In this document: positions 1 to 12,600 of the stretch, piece by piece | Layout: each line of letters begins with the position of its first letter | Numbering within the stretch: the stretch's first letter is position 1 | Source: Owenia fusiformis | Lineage: Eukaryota | NCBI GenBank assembly: GCA_903813345.2 | Contig: CAIIXF020000001.1 | Span: 31,806,001-31,870,000, forward strand | DNA: 64,000 nt | Reading direction: 5' to 3' | Made by a program: the position numbers and the translations under genes | Notes under the pieces: generated by a model | The model's input: only the letters and a program-made list of their open reading frames with translations | Databases searched by the model: none | Told to the model about the DNA's origin: nothing

Positions 1-549
1 TCTTCCAAGTAAGGTCTCCCAAATGATAAGATAATCAATCTGGCTAACCCAAAAAACAATGGATTAGGACCTAACCTCAACACATTTTTCAAAATGTTGG
101 ACTAATTTTCTCCAAAAAGGATCTTGTTTTTCTTATTTGTATTGCACAAAGGTAGAATGGCATTGAAAGTCTAGTTTAGAAGAAAAAATTGTGGTAACCA
201 ATATTAGGCTGAAAATCTGGAAAATTGTTAATTTTTATAATTTACTCTCAATTCATCTCTTTGTCACTCCTTTAATGCATGCCTGTAGCCAGGGGGTTTG
301 AGCGAACCCACCCCTTGGTCAAAAATTCTATCAATGCAGTTTTGCACCATTCTGAGCACTTTTCAGTGATTTTGGCCCATTAACCAAATATTCTTTCAAA
401 ATCATGCAGTTTTGCAACATTCTGAGCACTTTTCAGTGATTTTGCCATTTTAAATTGTCAAGAGTGAACTCCCTGGAATTTTCCAAAAAGTCAACCCCCT
501 TGGCAAATCTTAAATAAATTATAATTTTTTTTAGTGTATGTATACTTAC

Positions 550-647
550 TCTTGTTTTCGGAGACTCAGGAACTTCACTAGAACTAAAATGAGCAGGATC
601 ACACCTACCACTACGCTGCATACAATAACTATTATCACCCAGTTATT
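550..647 (-). CDS. Exon 51: transmembrane helix
   Basis: ttgcag|[32 protein letters not shown]|gtaagt: hydrophobic run followed by basic stop-transfer residues; phase-0 start matches exon 50. Confidence 0.88.
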
Positions 648-3600
648 CTGCAAACAAAAATCATGAGAAATGTTTAGTTTTAATATCTTTATGATGAATA
701 TACCTTATGGGGTGAATTTTTGTAATTAAGCAGAATAAGCATTCAGGTTCAACTAATTAATGCACAGTAGGTCTATTGGAGCTAATTTTTGAAATAAATC
801 CCAATAGACATCCAGTTTTAACCAGATCAAGGTAGCCCTAGTGGTATGAACTTTGGACATATTTGTTAATGCTGATCATGTTCAATCATAACAAAGTACT
901 TTGGTACACATAAAAGCTTCAAACTAAGAAGAGATTCCTTTCATTCTAATACACTTGGTTTTGTCTATACCTATGATAAGTCTTGCTTCAAGACCCTGGA
1001 ACCCCATCCTTATCTACTTTAACAACCTGTTGAAAAATAGATAAGGGGGGGGGGGCAGGGTCTTGAAGCAAGATTATAACCTATGATCTCCACATGATCA
1101 AGCTTGTTTGAGATATAGAATTATCAGTTACATACATGTACTAAAGGATATGATATGTCTTGCTGAAGATACCAAAATAAAAATAAATACTGTATTCTCT
1201 GTAATAAGCATCCAGGGCGGTTAGAAAATTTGAAGTACCTCCTTTTCAGACCATTTTAATGAGTGCCCATATATAAAAGAAGTCAAAAATCCCTTGGAAT
1301 TTCATATACAGTAAAACCTGTGTATAGTGAACATTTTTTTGTTGCTGAAGAAAAATGTTCACTGTTGGTAGGTGTCCACTACAGTAAGGATTTGATTTCG
1401 CGGCATTTTGTTGTATTATATAAAGAGCCTAGATATTAAACAAGCCTAAATAGAGGAGGGAATAACTGATTTAATTTGTATTTTATACCTATGATAACCC
1501 ATGACACTAGCAACAAATTTTTGTTCTTTGTTATGTTATACAAAGTTACTTATTTTAGACTGCCTGTCATCTGAATGGTTCATCCTTTCATTGTCAAAAA
1601 ATCTCTTTATGGTCCTTTAAATAGTGGAACTCATGACACATTTGAGTCAGTTAACGGATTTATTGAATTAATGAAACTACATGATGGAGTCAGTTAAGGG
1701 TGATCATTTTAATTTTAACCCAATTTGGTTTTTAAAATGATGTGGATGAGAAAAAGATTTAGTTGGGACTTAACAGGTAGAGATAGAAGTACTAATAATT
1801 AACCAGGGGGTCATTAACAGAACTTTCGCAAAGTTACGAATTTGCAAGTCAATTGTTAATTTTATGAATTTGGTAAATGTGCATTAACAGAACTTTCGTA
1901 AAGTTACGAACGATTCGCAAAGTTACGAAAAAATGACGTCACGTATGCTTTCGTTCGTAACTTTAATAGCACCTCAGACCCTTTCATAACTTTGCGAATG
2001 GCACATTTCTCATCCAGTTCTTATGTAAGGTATACAGGTTCACAAAAGGAAATTGTCTTTTATATGCAAGCTAAGTTTCATTAAATATCCATCTATTCTT
2101 ACATAATAAGCAAATATGTTCCTGAGCTGGGAATCTTTGAAATCGCGGAGACAGGTTTAATCACAGCGCGCAATGATATCAAATGACACCATATTTCTAT
2201 TTGTGCTAAATAATGATATAAGATGACGTCACAATTTGAAATTCGTTTACGAACGATAAAACTTATGAATGACTTACGAAAGTGTTCTGTTAATGGCCCA
2301 TTCGTAACTTTACGAATTCGTAAGTCATTCGTAACTTTTTAAATATTTACGAATTTCATAAAGTTACGAATTACGAATTCGTAACTTTGCGAAAGTTCTG
2401 TTAATGACCCCCAGATTATCTCCAATTAAAGCAATCAATGCTTCTAGACACTGTTAAACACATACCCCGCCTTACAAAAACAAAGCTAATATGAAGAATT
2501 ATGATTAGTCACACCTGTTTCAATACAAGAGGAGATCAAAATCTAAAATTGACCTTTAAATAATTATTTTTGACAGGTAATATAAACGTAAACTGCTTAA
2601 CTCTGATAAGCCAGTTGCAGCAAATCTGCGAGAAATCTTATGTATCAGATTCTATGTTCATGAGGGACAGGATTATTCAATTAAATTTGTCAAGATTTAA
2701 TGTTCACTGTTCACAGTAGGTAGGGGTTCACTATAACATGGGAGTCAATGGGAGAAAAATGTTTTTACCGAGAAAAAATGTTCACTGTTGATAGGGGTTC
2801 ACCAGAGAGATGTGTTCACTAACACAGGTTTTACTGTATTGCAATTTTTCCTGCCAAGAATGCCTTATTTGCAACATCAAAATGAAGTAACAGCATATTT
2901 TTACAATAAGGATATGTATTGTTTTTTGGAGAGATGAGGGTAAAGATTGCTAAAATGAAGCAAGGATCTTGCAAGAATCTAACTAGACAATATTGACAGT
3001 GATTGAATCTAAAGTTATACCCTATCCTTTTGATTAAATGATACATCATCTTTTTGTGTAAACGTTGCAAAAATAACAAGAAATGAAATGAAGAAAAAAC
3101 TAGAAAGTTCACGACCCTTAAGTGTGAAGAAAACCTGTGCAGAAGCTTTCTTGGTAAAATGTTGGTACAAAGTTCTGAAACTTGCACATTTCCTTAACTA
3201 ATTACAGACTATTTTGATATAGTGTTAGTTGGTTTAGGAAGCACCCATGATAGATATTATCAGGAGGATGCATCGAATTACAAATTGTATCACATTGACA
3301 GCAGTTTAGTGTAGTTACTCTATTATTGCCCACTTCAATTTCTTTGGAAACTGATATATTCTTTAAGACTTGGTCATTCCCCAATATTTCTTGAACTTTG
3401 TGAAGTGGGTGGCTGCTTATTAGGGGGTGGGCGCTTATTACAGAGAATACATTATTTAAAAAACTGAATACATTTGTAATACTATATTGTAATCCATTTT
3501 ACCTGCAGGGCATTATTTATAACTCTGTCCATCATTTGACCTGTATATATTGCTTTATTAGTAGAACTAATCTTAGCATCCCATTGGTCAATTGTTGGTA

Positions 3601-6600
3601 GAACAATGTCAGATACATCATTCCCAAGTTTGCTTTGTATGGTGTATTCTATTGTTCCAATGAGATCACTAGAAATAAAACATAAAATCTAAATAAAAGA
3701 TGTTCATGACTAAAGTTTATTAATATGTAGAACATACTTCTGGATTTTTTGGGAAATATTTTGATGTTTGACTGAATTAAATTCTTAAACATTTCATGTA
3801 TTTTTACTTAACCTGTAGATTTCAAATATGATATCATGTCTTATGACTTAAGTCAGGATAATTTATACTTGCATCTAGTCTATTTCAACTACATGTTGTG
3901 TGCAATTGACCTCTCCCTCGATCTTCAATTTGGAAGAGAAATTACACACAAGAGTAAGTTATATAGCGCTTGGTGTTTACTTACCCACTCGATGTCTGTT
4001 TATCATTTTTGAAATCTGTTATTTCTACTTCTAAATCATCTTCTGTGAACCCTGAAATTTAAAGTAATAAGTAAATCTGTATATGCTATATTTTTTTATC
4101 AAAATACAGTGTATACAGTTAATTTGCCATGCTTACGGAATGGGTCACTCATATTTACCGTGCAGTCTCATAGCATTTACAAAAACCTTATTCTCAATCC
4201 TGGATAGTAGTCAAAGTATGGTCTTAAAATGTTTTTGTATGCTATCTAGGAAAGTATAAAGAGCATATGTACATGTTTAAATAAACATCAGTACTTATGC
4301 AGTACAATCCCACCTGGATTGGCATCCAATATAGCTTTTTTCATATCATCTTCTAAGCTATCTACTTCTGAGGGAAGCACGTTCGGTGTGACCATGATTG
4401 AACCCTTCCTCTTGGGGTTGCAGTCACATGGTGTGAAATCACTCTCCGTCAAAGCTGATTTGATCTGGTCATTTGTGGGAGGACGGATAAAGACGGGGCT
4501 TGGGTCTGCACCTTCTACTGTCACTGTATAAGTGAAACCAGTAACTGATTCACTACAATGAGAAAATATGATTTGAAATGCATTTTAAATGCAAAGAAAT
4601 TCTCCCTGAAATATTTTATCTCAACAGTCATTAAATCAGACCATCAATTGTTTAGGTAAATGTATTATATTTTAGTTTAAGAATCTTTTTTGCTGGGTTG
4701 GTTATATTTCTGATCTCAATAAGAATTAATTTTCAATTTTCAATAAGAATTAATTGCCGCTAATGTTGTAAACTTTGGCAATCAGCTGATTGTGTTTATC
4801 TATGTTATAATAAGAAATAAATTGATACCATGAAAAACAAAATTTCTGAAGCTCAATATTAAATCTTGCCAATTGGTGCTATTCAAATATTTTATTTTTT
4901 TGTAACTAAAACTGATAGCTTTCAAAAATAATCTTGTTGTATTTGCACTTACTGGTCATCATTGATATAAGAAGTGTCATCATCAAGAACATCTTGGTGA
5001 ACATTGATTGTGATGTCATCCACACCTGAACATAGAAATAATATCAATGACCTTTGAAATCATTGAAGATCATAAGTGGTTATTCTTTATACTATGTTAT
5101 TCATTTGCAATAATTCATTATTTTAAGTTTTGTTCATTTTGATATGAAGTATAACCACTAATACTACATTCCAGTATTTTGCACCTCTTCTTACAATAGA
5201 GAAAGAGCAGAGAGGTTCTGGTAAATAGCAATGTTACTAGTGAAGAATGTATTTCATATGATTGATAGGATCATACCAGAGTTTGCAGTCTTCCATGCCT
5301 TCTGAAGTGCATCTTTCATACTCTGAACATCTACTTCACTATCACTTTTCTTCAGGAATAGCCTGTATGCCTGTTTTGCCATACAGTCACACTGTATGTC
5401 CCCAGCCGATGGTACATCATATAGCTCTGTGTATGTGGCATCTTCCAGTGAGGCTATATAAGTAACCTTCTTCAATGTGTTCCAGGATCCTGACTGAGAC
5501 GTGTAGCGTTCCTCACCTATGATCTCAATGGTTGGCTCACCAGCTGCAAGTATTTGCAGGTATGTATAAATAAATTTTTGGGACAAACAACGCAAGGCAA
5601 CAAGAAGTTATATTTACATGTAAAGTTATGTTCCAGTTACACATGAGGGGTGTATATTATATAGCTCACCATGGTTAAGTACTCATATTTTGTATATTGT
5701 ATTATAAAAGATAAATTTTTGCACCCTATTTATGTCAACCAATAAGCACTGGGATGACTAGGACTAGGACTAGGACTAGGACTAGGACGAAGGCTGGATA
5801 TAAAATCTTGACCGTGAATGACCTTAAGTTAATTGTAAACCATGATCACTACAATATTCAGAATGAAACATATGAGGTAGACGAAGAGTATATAATACCT
5901 TGAATTATATTTTAGTACAATGTACATGTACTGTAATGAAGGAATTAAGCACAAGACTCAATGCTTTGTTTGTGAAATATATTATACAAGTCAATTGTTT
6001 TTTGCCTTTAACCTGGACCACCTTCCATTTTTATCCCTGAATCGTGGAGGGAGGGGTATGTTATTTCTTAGTTCAGTAGATCATAGGTTTGGATATTGGA
6101 GGTTTTTTCTAATGCCTAGTTGTGATTCGGTTGTTTCTTTTTGTTGATGTGTTTTCAAAGACTCCACTACATTGGGTCTAAATTGCCATTTTGCTGCTTA
6201 CATATTCTTATATTAATGGTTCACATGTATATACCTTCTATGTTTGAATTCCAAGCTTCCTGAATGGCTTGTTTAATATCCTCATCAGATTTTGTGTTTG
6301 GTTCATTCACCATAACTGACCATACCCTCTTGGGCCTTGCACCCCCATAGCTATTTAGTCCATCAATATTTCTCTCAGAAAGCCAATTATTCAGTTCGTT
6401 AATAGAAGGTCCAGCATTCACCCAAGGTTTTAGCATGACATTGTCTTTATGGGCAGAGTATAACACTTGAGATACCCTATCAAAACTGAAAGAAAATGTA
6501 TGAACTTACTACTCAAATAAAACCCTACATGTATAATATTATTGAATTATTATGATAGTGATACAATAACAAAACAAGCACACAGTCTGATTTAAGACTC

Positions 6601-9600
6601 AATATTCTTCTAGTTACAATGGAATATAAACTTGGTGTTAGACCTTACATGTAGTTAAGCATACTGAGTAGTAAGATTAAGTGTATAGAATTACCTGTCA
6701 GTTGGATTGGCATGATGGATCGCACCCAATATCTTAATAGAGGAATCTGAAATATAAAAATACAATGATGCCTTAGCAATATAATATCCAGACTTTAGAA
6801 GGAAAAAAGAATGCTGGTCAAAGACAAATACAAATAGATCATACATATACATATATGATCCCGAAGGATAAAATGACGTTTGATTATATTTAGTACTATT
6901 TGATTTATATCATACCTTCCCATGTACTGTTTAGCCCAGTTTCTAAATATTCTCTGTTTGCAGCAATTAGGTTGCCACCTACATATGGTGAATACACAGT
7001 GCTTGTAATTGTGATAGTTTCAGAATATGCCATGAACTGTGGAGTAGTGGAAACATTCACTAGGTCTGTGTAAGTGGGTGCAGAGGCATCTTTCGGTGTT
7101 ATCTTTTCCCCATCATTGTAAAGTCCATACAGAACATTGTAAACCATCACTCTGAATAATAGATAAAATAGAACAGTTTTATATACAATCATATACTTCA
7201 TTTTTCTTAAATGGTATTAGTTTACTTATGATAAAAGTCAGTGTATTTTCTCAATTCTGTCTTATCATTTCACATGTTAGTCCATTTGTCACTCCTATGC
7301 ATCCTATAGTGAACCTATGAATTGTGAAAAACACAATGCTTTTTGGTTAATTTATGACGATAAGGGTTTACTGAAGAGATTTAGCTAGGTTGGACAAAAA
7401 GTTAGTTTGGGGAAAAAATAATATAGGCTAATTAGCGAGGCCATTATTGAAATATTGATTGTTTTTTATATTTATATCTTGAAATGTAAAAATGAAAGCA
7501 GTATAATTAGTTTGTCTAAACTTGTGTTTTCAGGTTTAACGAATAAGATATTGTTAAAATATACAAGAATAACCTATTAGATATAGTGCATAAGTGCAAC
7601 TTAGCATATTTTATGATTGAAATATCGCATTCATTCAGATATTTTCTATATCAAGCTTGTAATACAATGAAAATTACTGACTAATTAACTAATTGAGGGT
7701 TTCTTTATTGATTTAATTGGGGTGCCAACAATAACTAATATTGGGGAAAATTATACATGCAAATAAGGGCAGCCATTATTGAAATATCTTACATAATTTA
7801 AAAAGTAATAATGATAGGATCACAATTGTTGTGCCCTTACCCACGTTTTCAGACTCAATGAATTTTTCAATTTCAATTTTATTTATTATACCATCACCCA
7901 AATAAAGGGTATTAGGCAAAAGTACATACAGTAAATAAGTATATAACAATTAAGTATTTCATAACAAACATATTTACAATTGCTTCCCAGCCTCATTTAG
8001 AAACTTACATAATGCTAACAATACTTTACTATCAGATTGTAACAGCTTGGTATATTTAAAAGTACTAATACCAGGTCGTTCAATAAGTTCATGCAAAACA
8101 TTCTCATTTTTTTTATTTTTCAATGTTTTTCCTTGAAACTTTCACACAACATAGACAAAATGTATACTCATTAAAAATCAAAAAAATAAATTACTTTATA
8201 TTGATCTGTCAAAAGTTATGGTTGCTATGGTAACCCGTGTTTTGGTCACGCGGGGCAATATTTTTCTGTTTGCGAATCCCAAGTCTAAAGTTTAGAGAAA
8301 GTTATAAATGCAAGCACATTATTCTTTCATTTTGAATAAAACAGCTATTGTTGCAATGGTAGCAACTAACATGTTGTATTACATCACAATTACATTTGTT
8401 TTGTAATATCATCATAGTTTATTTCTTAAACGCAACCTTGAGCGAGTTCCGCCCGGAGCGAGCTCTACAAAAGAAACGGCCTAAAATTACCCCCTTCTTC
8501 AAATTATTTCACCAAGACAATGTCCCATGCCATCGAGCAAATATGGTTCAGGATACTATCCGGGATAGCCCACAGATGGGAGTTTTAGACCAGGTTGCAT
8601 ACTCCCCAATGAGGCTGTATTGGACTTTGGGTGTTCAATAGGATGAAAGATGAAAGATGAGAGGTGTTCGGTATGCTGGCATGACAGACCTCACTGCAGT
8701 TGCCCAGAGTGCCTTGCGCACTAAATTCCCTTGTTATTTTATGGCTCAATATAAGAATGGGTGAAGCACCAGGTACTACATGTATGCATCCAGTATAAAA
8801 GGGAATATTTTGGGCATTCAATGAAGTGACATGTTTGGTAGGAACCTTCAAACTTGAAAAGACAATGTTTTATAGTGTGCACATGTGCAACTTATAATTG
8901 AGTTTAATTCAAAATGAACTTTTTTCGCGTCATAAATTGCCCCGCTTGACCAAAACACAGGTTACCATAGCAACCATAACTTTTGACCAAGCAGAACAAA
9001 GTAATTTATTTTTTGCTTTTTAATGTGTTGATATTTTTTCTATGTTTTGTGAAAGTTTCAACGAAAAACATTGAAAAATAGAAAAATGAGAATGTTTTTG
9101 CATGAACTTATTGAACGACCTGGTATAAGATAATGTAAAAAGATACAAGAATTATTCATTATATTTTAGTCCACCCGCTATGGCTCAGTGGCAGAGAGAG
9201 TCAAGGTTACCAATATCGCTTGGCCCCGGGTTCGATTCCCGGTTCAGACAAGTTTGTTTGTGCGTTATGTAATTCTGGGTGTTTGACTGAGTGGTTCACG
9301 ACTCATATAAAAGGCTGTGGTGTGTACCTGTATGTCTGTGTACCTGTGCACATAAAAGAACACAGGGCTCCTCCAAGGAGGGGTTTCTGGCTCTATCTTC
9401 GAGTGTAAAATACGTAAATACGGAATATACCAATGAGGTATTGCTCGCCAAATATGGCGGTAACCAAGATATAATAATAATAATAATGTACTACATGATA
9501 TGCAAATTAGCTAAAATGTTTTCAGGGTCAGTCAGATATACTGTAAAGTTAAAAGATACAATGACAACTTTTTAGATATTGTGCAAATATGCAAATTAGC

Positions 9601-12600
9601 ATATTATTGGTATTTCGCATTTATTCAAAATATTTTGTTTATCAAGCTTGCAGTACAAAGAAATGACTAATTTGTGGTTTCCTTAAATTCTTAGTAATTT
9701 AATTGGGTTGCCAATTATTGAATTTCTAACATATCTTAGAAAGGAAAAATGATAGCCCTGGGACCTGGAGACCCATGTTTTCAGCGTCAATGAATAAGAT
9801 AATGTTAAAATATACAAAAATAATTTATCAGATAGTGTACATATTATATGGTATGCATGTTTAGCATATTTAGAGATATCAACCATTTTGTATGATGAAA
9901 TTTGATGTGTGTCATCACCAATAGTGATAAATAAATCAATAAATTACTTGATTTAACTTAAGGTGTTTAATGAAAAGAAAAATAATATAACATGAAACAG
10001 ATCCCAGAATCACACCATGAGTGAATAATGAAGTATGGTTGAATGAGACACTGTGTTGGTGTTCTTAGCTTTTATACCATGTTACCACTATTCCATTTCA
10101 TCGTTTGTAAGTTTATTATTAAGCAAAATAGTATGGTCAGTTTAGTCAAAAGCTTTCAAAACATCGCTTTTATATAATGGACACCTTCATTTGCATATAT
10201 AATTTTTCCCCAAGGTTGCCCATTGTCCAACCCAGCTAAATCACTTCATAAAACCCTTATGATAGTGATTCCATAATACATCATGTTTTTACAGATTCAA
10301 AGGTTCAGAAAATGACACATCGACTATGTGATGTATCAACTCAAAATTCTTACCCCAATTTTCCAACTGCATCTTCTACTTTTCCCAAGCTTATGGTTAC
10401 ATCGTCCAGTTCTGGAGAAGATTAACATAGTGTGGATGTTATTAAAATTAAGAGTCTGATATCTACAAGGTGGTCCAAAAAGTGAACCGATGCCATAATT
10501 CATTCTCAGTCTTGGAATTTGAAAGGAATTACAAAACTTCATTGACCATTTCGAAGCAGTTTTAACCATTCAACTGTTAAGGGGCATGTTACCTACACAA
10601 ATTGTTAGAGCCTGCCAAAGTTGCCTCTTGTGACCCGGAATCTGAGAAGCCCTTTATACAAATATCTTACAAAAATCAAAAGAAAATCCAATGTCCAATG
10701 TTTTGAGCCATAATTCATTAGAATTGATCCATGATTTATGAAGATATTGACATTTTAAGACCATATAGGCCAGGGGTATGTGGATTTCACTGGAAAATAT
10801 GTTCACCTATGGAAACTTAGAACATTTCTTTGGATCACAATAAGTTTGCAACTGACAGAGGTAAGATGCTCGTTTAACACCATAATGTGTGGGATTCAAA
10901 ACCAAACAAAATCAGAAAATATTATGTCTTTCAGACTCTGGCTAAAGCTAAAAAAATTTCAAGGGAAGAGTGTCAAATGCTTGAAGAAATATGGGTGTTG
11001 AAGATCATATTTTTCCAGTAATAATTGGTTAAGGTTTATACTTTCTTCAAATTTGAAGACTAGGAAAAATGTATGGTACCAACAAAAACATTAGACCTTC
11101 CTCTATAACATGTGAAATTATGAAAGGATAAGATAATTAAAGAAATATAGTCTGTTGCAGCAGTTCACTTTTTGAGCCACCCTGTATTTATTATGCCACA
11201 TGGTATCTTTGCCAAATTATCATTTTGAATTTGACAAAATTAAATTCAGATTGTATTCATTAATATAGAGAATGTTACTGTGTAAAAATGCATAAAATGA
11301 AACAGCAAGATGAATAAATTAAACATAGAATGGCTTGCCAATGTCAACAGATGGAACTTGCCTGGATATTTGGTTGTCCATGCTGCTTTTATTCCATCAA
11401 AGAGTTTATCTGCATCTCCCTTTGTCAATATAATTGATGTTGCAATAGGCAGATTGAAGAAGTCATCATATGGGTCTTTTCTTAATCCACTGTATAGAGA
11501 TATAGTGCCACTAGCTGTGTCCCTCTTCTTTCTATTTTTGTTTAATGATGTTTCCAGTTCATCCAAATCAAGTGGAGGATACAGTACAGAGTGTAACAAT
11601 TCACTCTCCATTGTAACAAATGCCTTAATTCCAGTGATGAGTTCCCTAAGAACAGACAAGATTGAAACTTTTGGAAACAACAAAACAAAAACACATTAAA
11701 CCAAATTGTGAAGTGTACATGCATGTATGTGACATGCAGTAAAAACATATTTCTAGAAATTACTATTTATACTAGATCTTACTCAACTATCTTGAAATCC
11801 ATTTATAATCGCACTTACCATCTATCACCTATGTATAATTCTGCACCACACACTTTCACTGTGACATTCTCTGTAAAAATTGTGTATGGCTATATTATTT
11901 TACAAATACTAGATAAGGTAGTCTTGCATCAAACCCTTGTTTATTCATCACCAAATATGTAAATAGATAACAATGAGAAGGAAGATGCTTTATGCATGAA
12001 ATTATAGTTGTTATTAAAGGTGCAACAATAAGTGCAGAGGGGCCATTCAACGATCATCGACTAGTGTCAAAATATATTTAAGTTTGGATACTTCATCAAA
12101 ACTAACATATATTTTTATTATCAACAAAGAAACCCCCTGGATTAACATTATTTCACCTGATATTCCTCTTGAAAGGCGGTGAATCTTAAAAATCTATAAG
12201 TTGGACTCCCTTTATAGAAGCTTTTTATCCATACATTTTAAGAAAAAAGGTATGTCAAAGAAGATGTTAAGCCAAATGTTGCCCTGATAGCTCAGAAAAA
12301 GTAAAAATAATTGAGTTTTCTCTCTACAGTCCTTGTTGCCCCTTTAAATCAGTTTTATGATAACTGATCATTTCAAAATTTCCGTAATTTGTGTTGTTTA
12401 AGCAATTGTAAACAGTATATGTTTTACAATACATCTGTTAATCTAAACTAATTGTATAGCAAAGTATGAAATTACATTAAGAATGATATTGACATTTAGA
12501 TCAGCACTGAAACCTATGTATGTTAATTATAATTTTCTTCATGTATCTTCATAAATACTGCTGTAAAATACATACCTTGAAATGTACTCTTAACTGCTTC

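Larger units (their letters stand above)
7271..10331. mobile_element. Degenerate TIR DNA element hosting a mariner and a SINE
   Basis: About 160-bp imperfect inverted ends (ATAAGGGTTT..TGAAG.GATTTAGCT.GGTTGGACAA at about 7360 and reversed at about 10225); internal diverged direct repeats. Confidence 0.55.

Noticed and set aside
9175..9250. tRNA gene
   Set aside because: A and B boxes are present but I could not fold a cloverleaf; it continues into a body with an (AAT)n tail, so it is a SINE.
10593..10641. Candidate 49-nt phase 1-2 alternative micro-exon
   Set aside because: Lies inside a Tc1-like MITE, has a weak acceptor and lacks the beta-strand pattern; 10354-10411 fits better.
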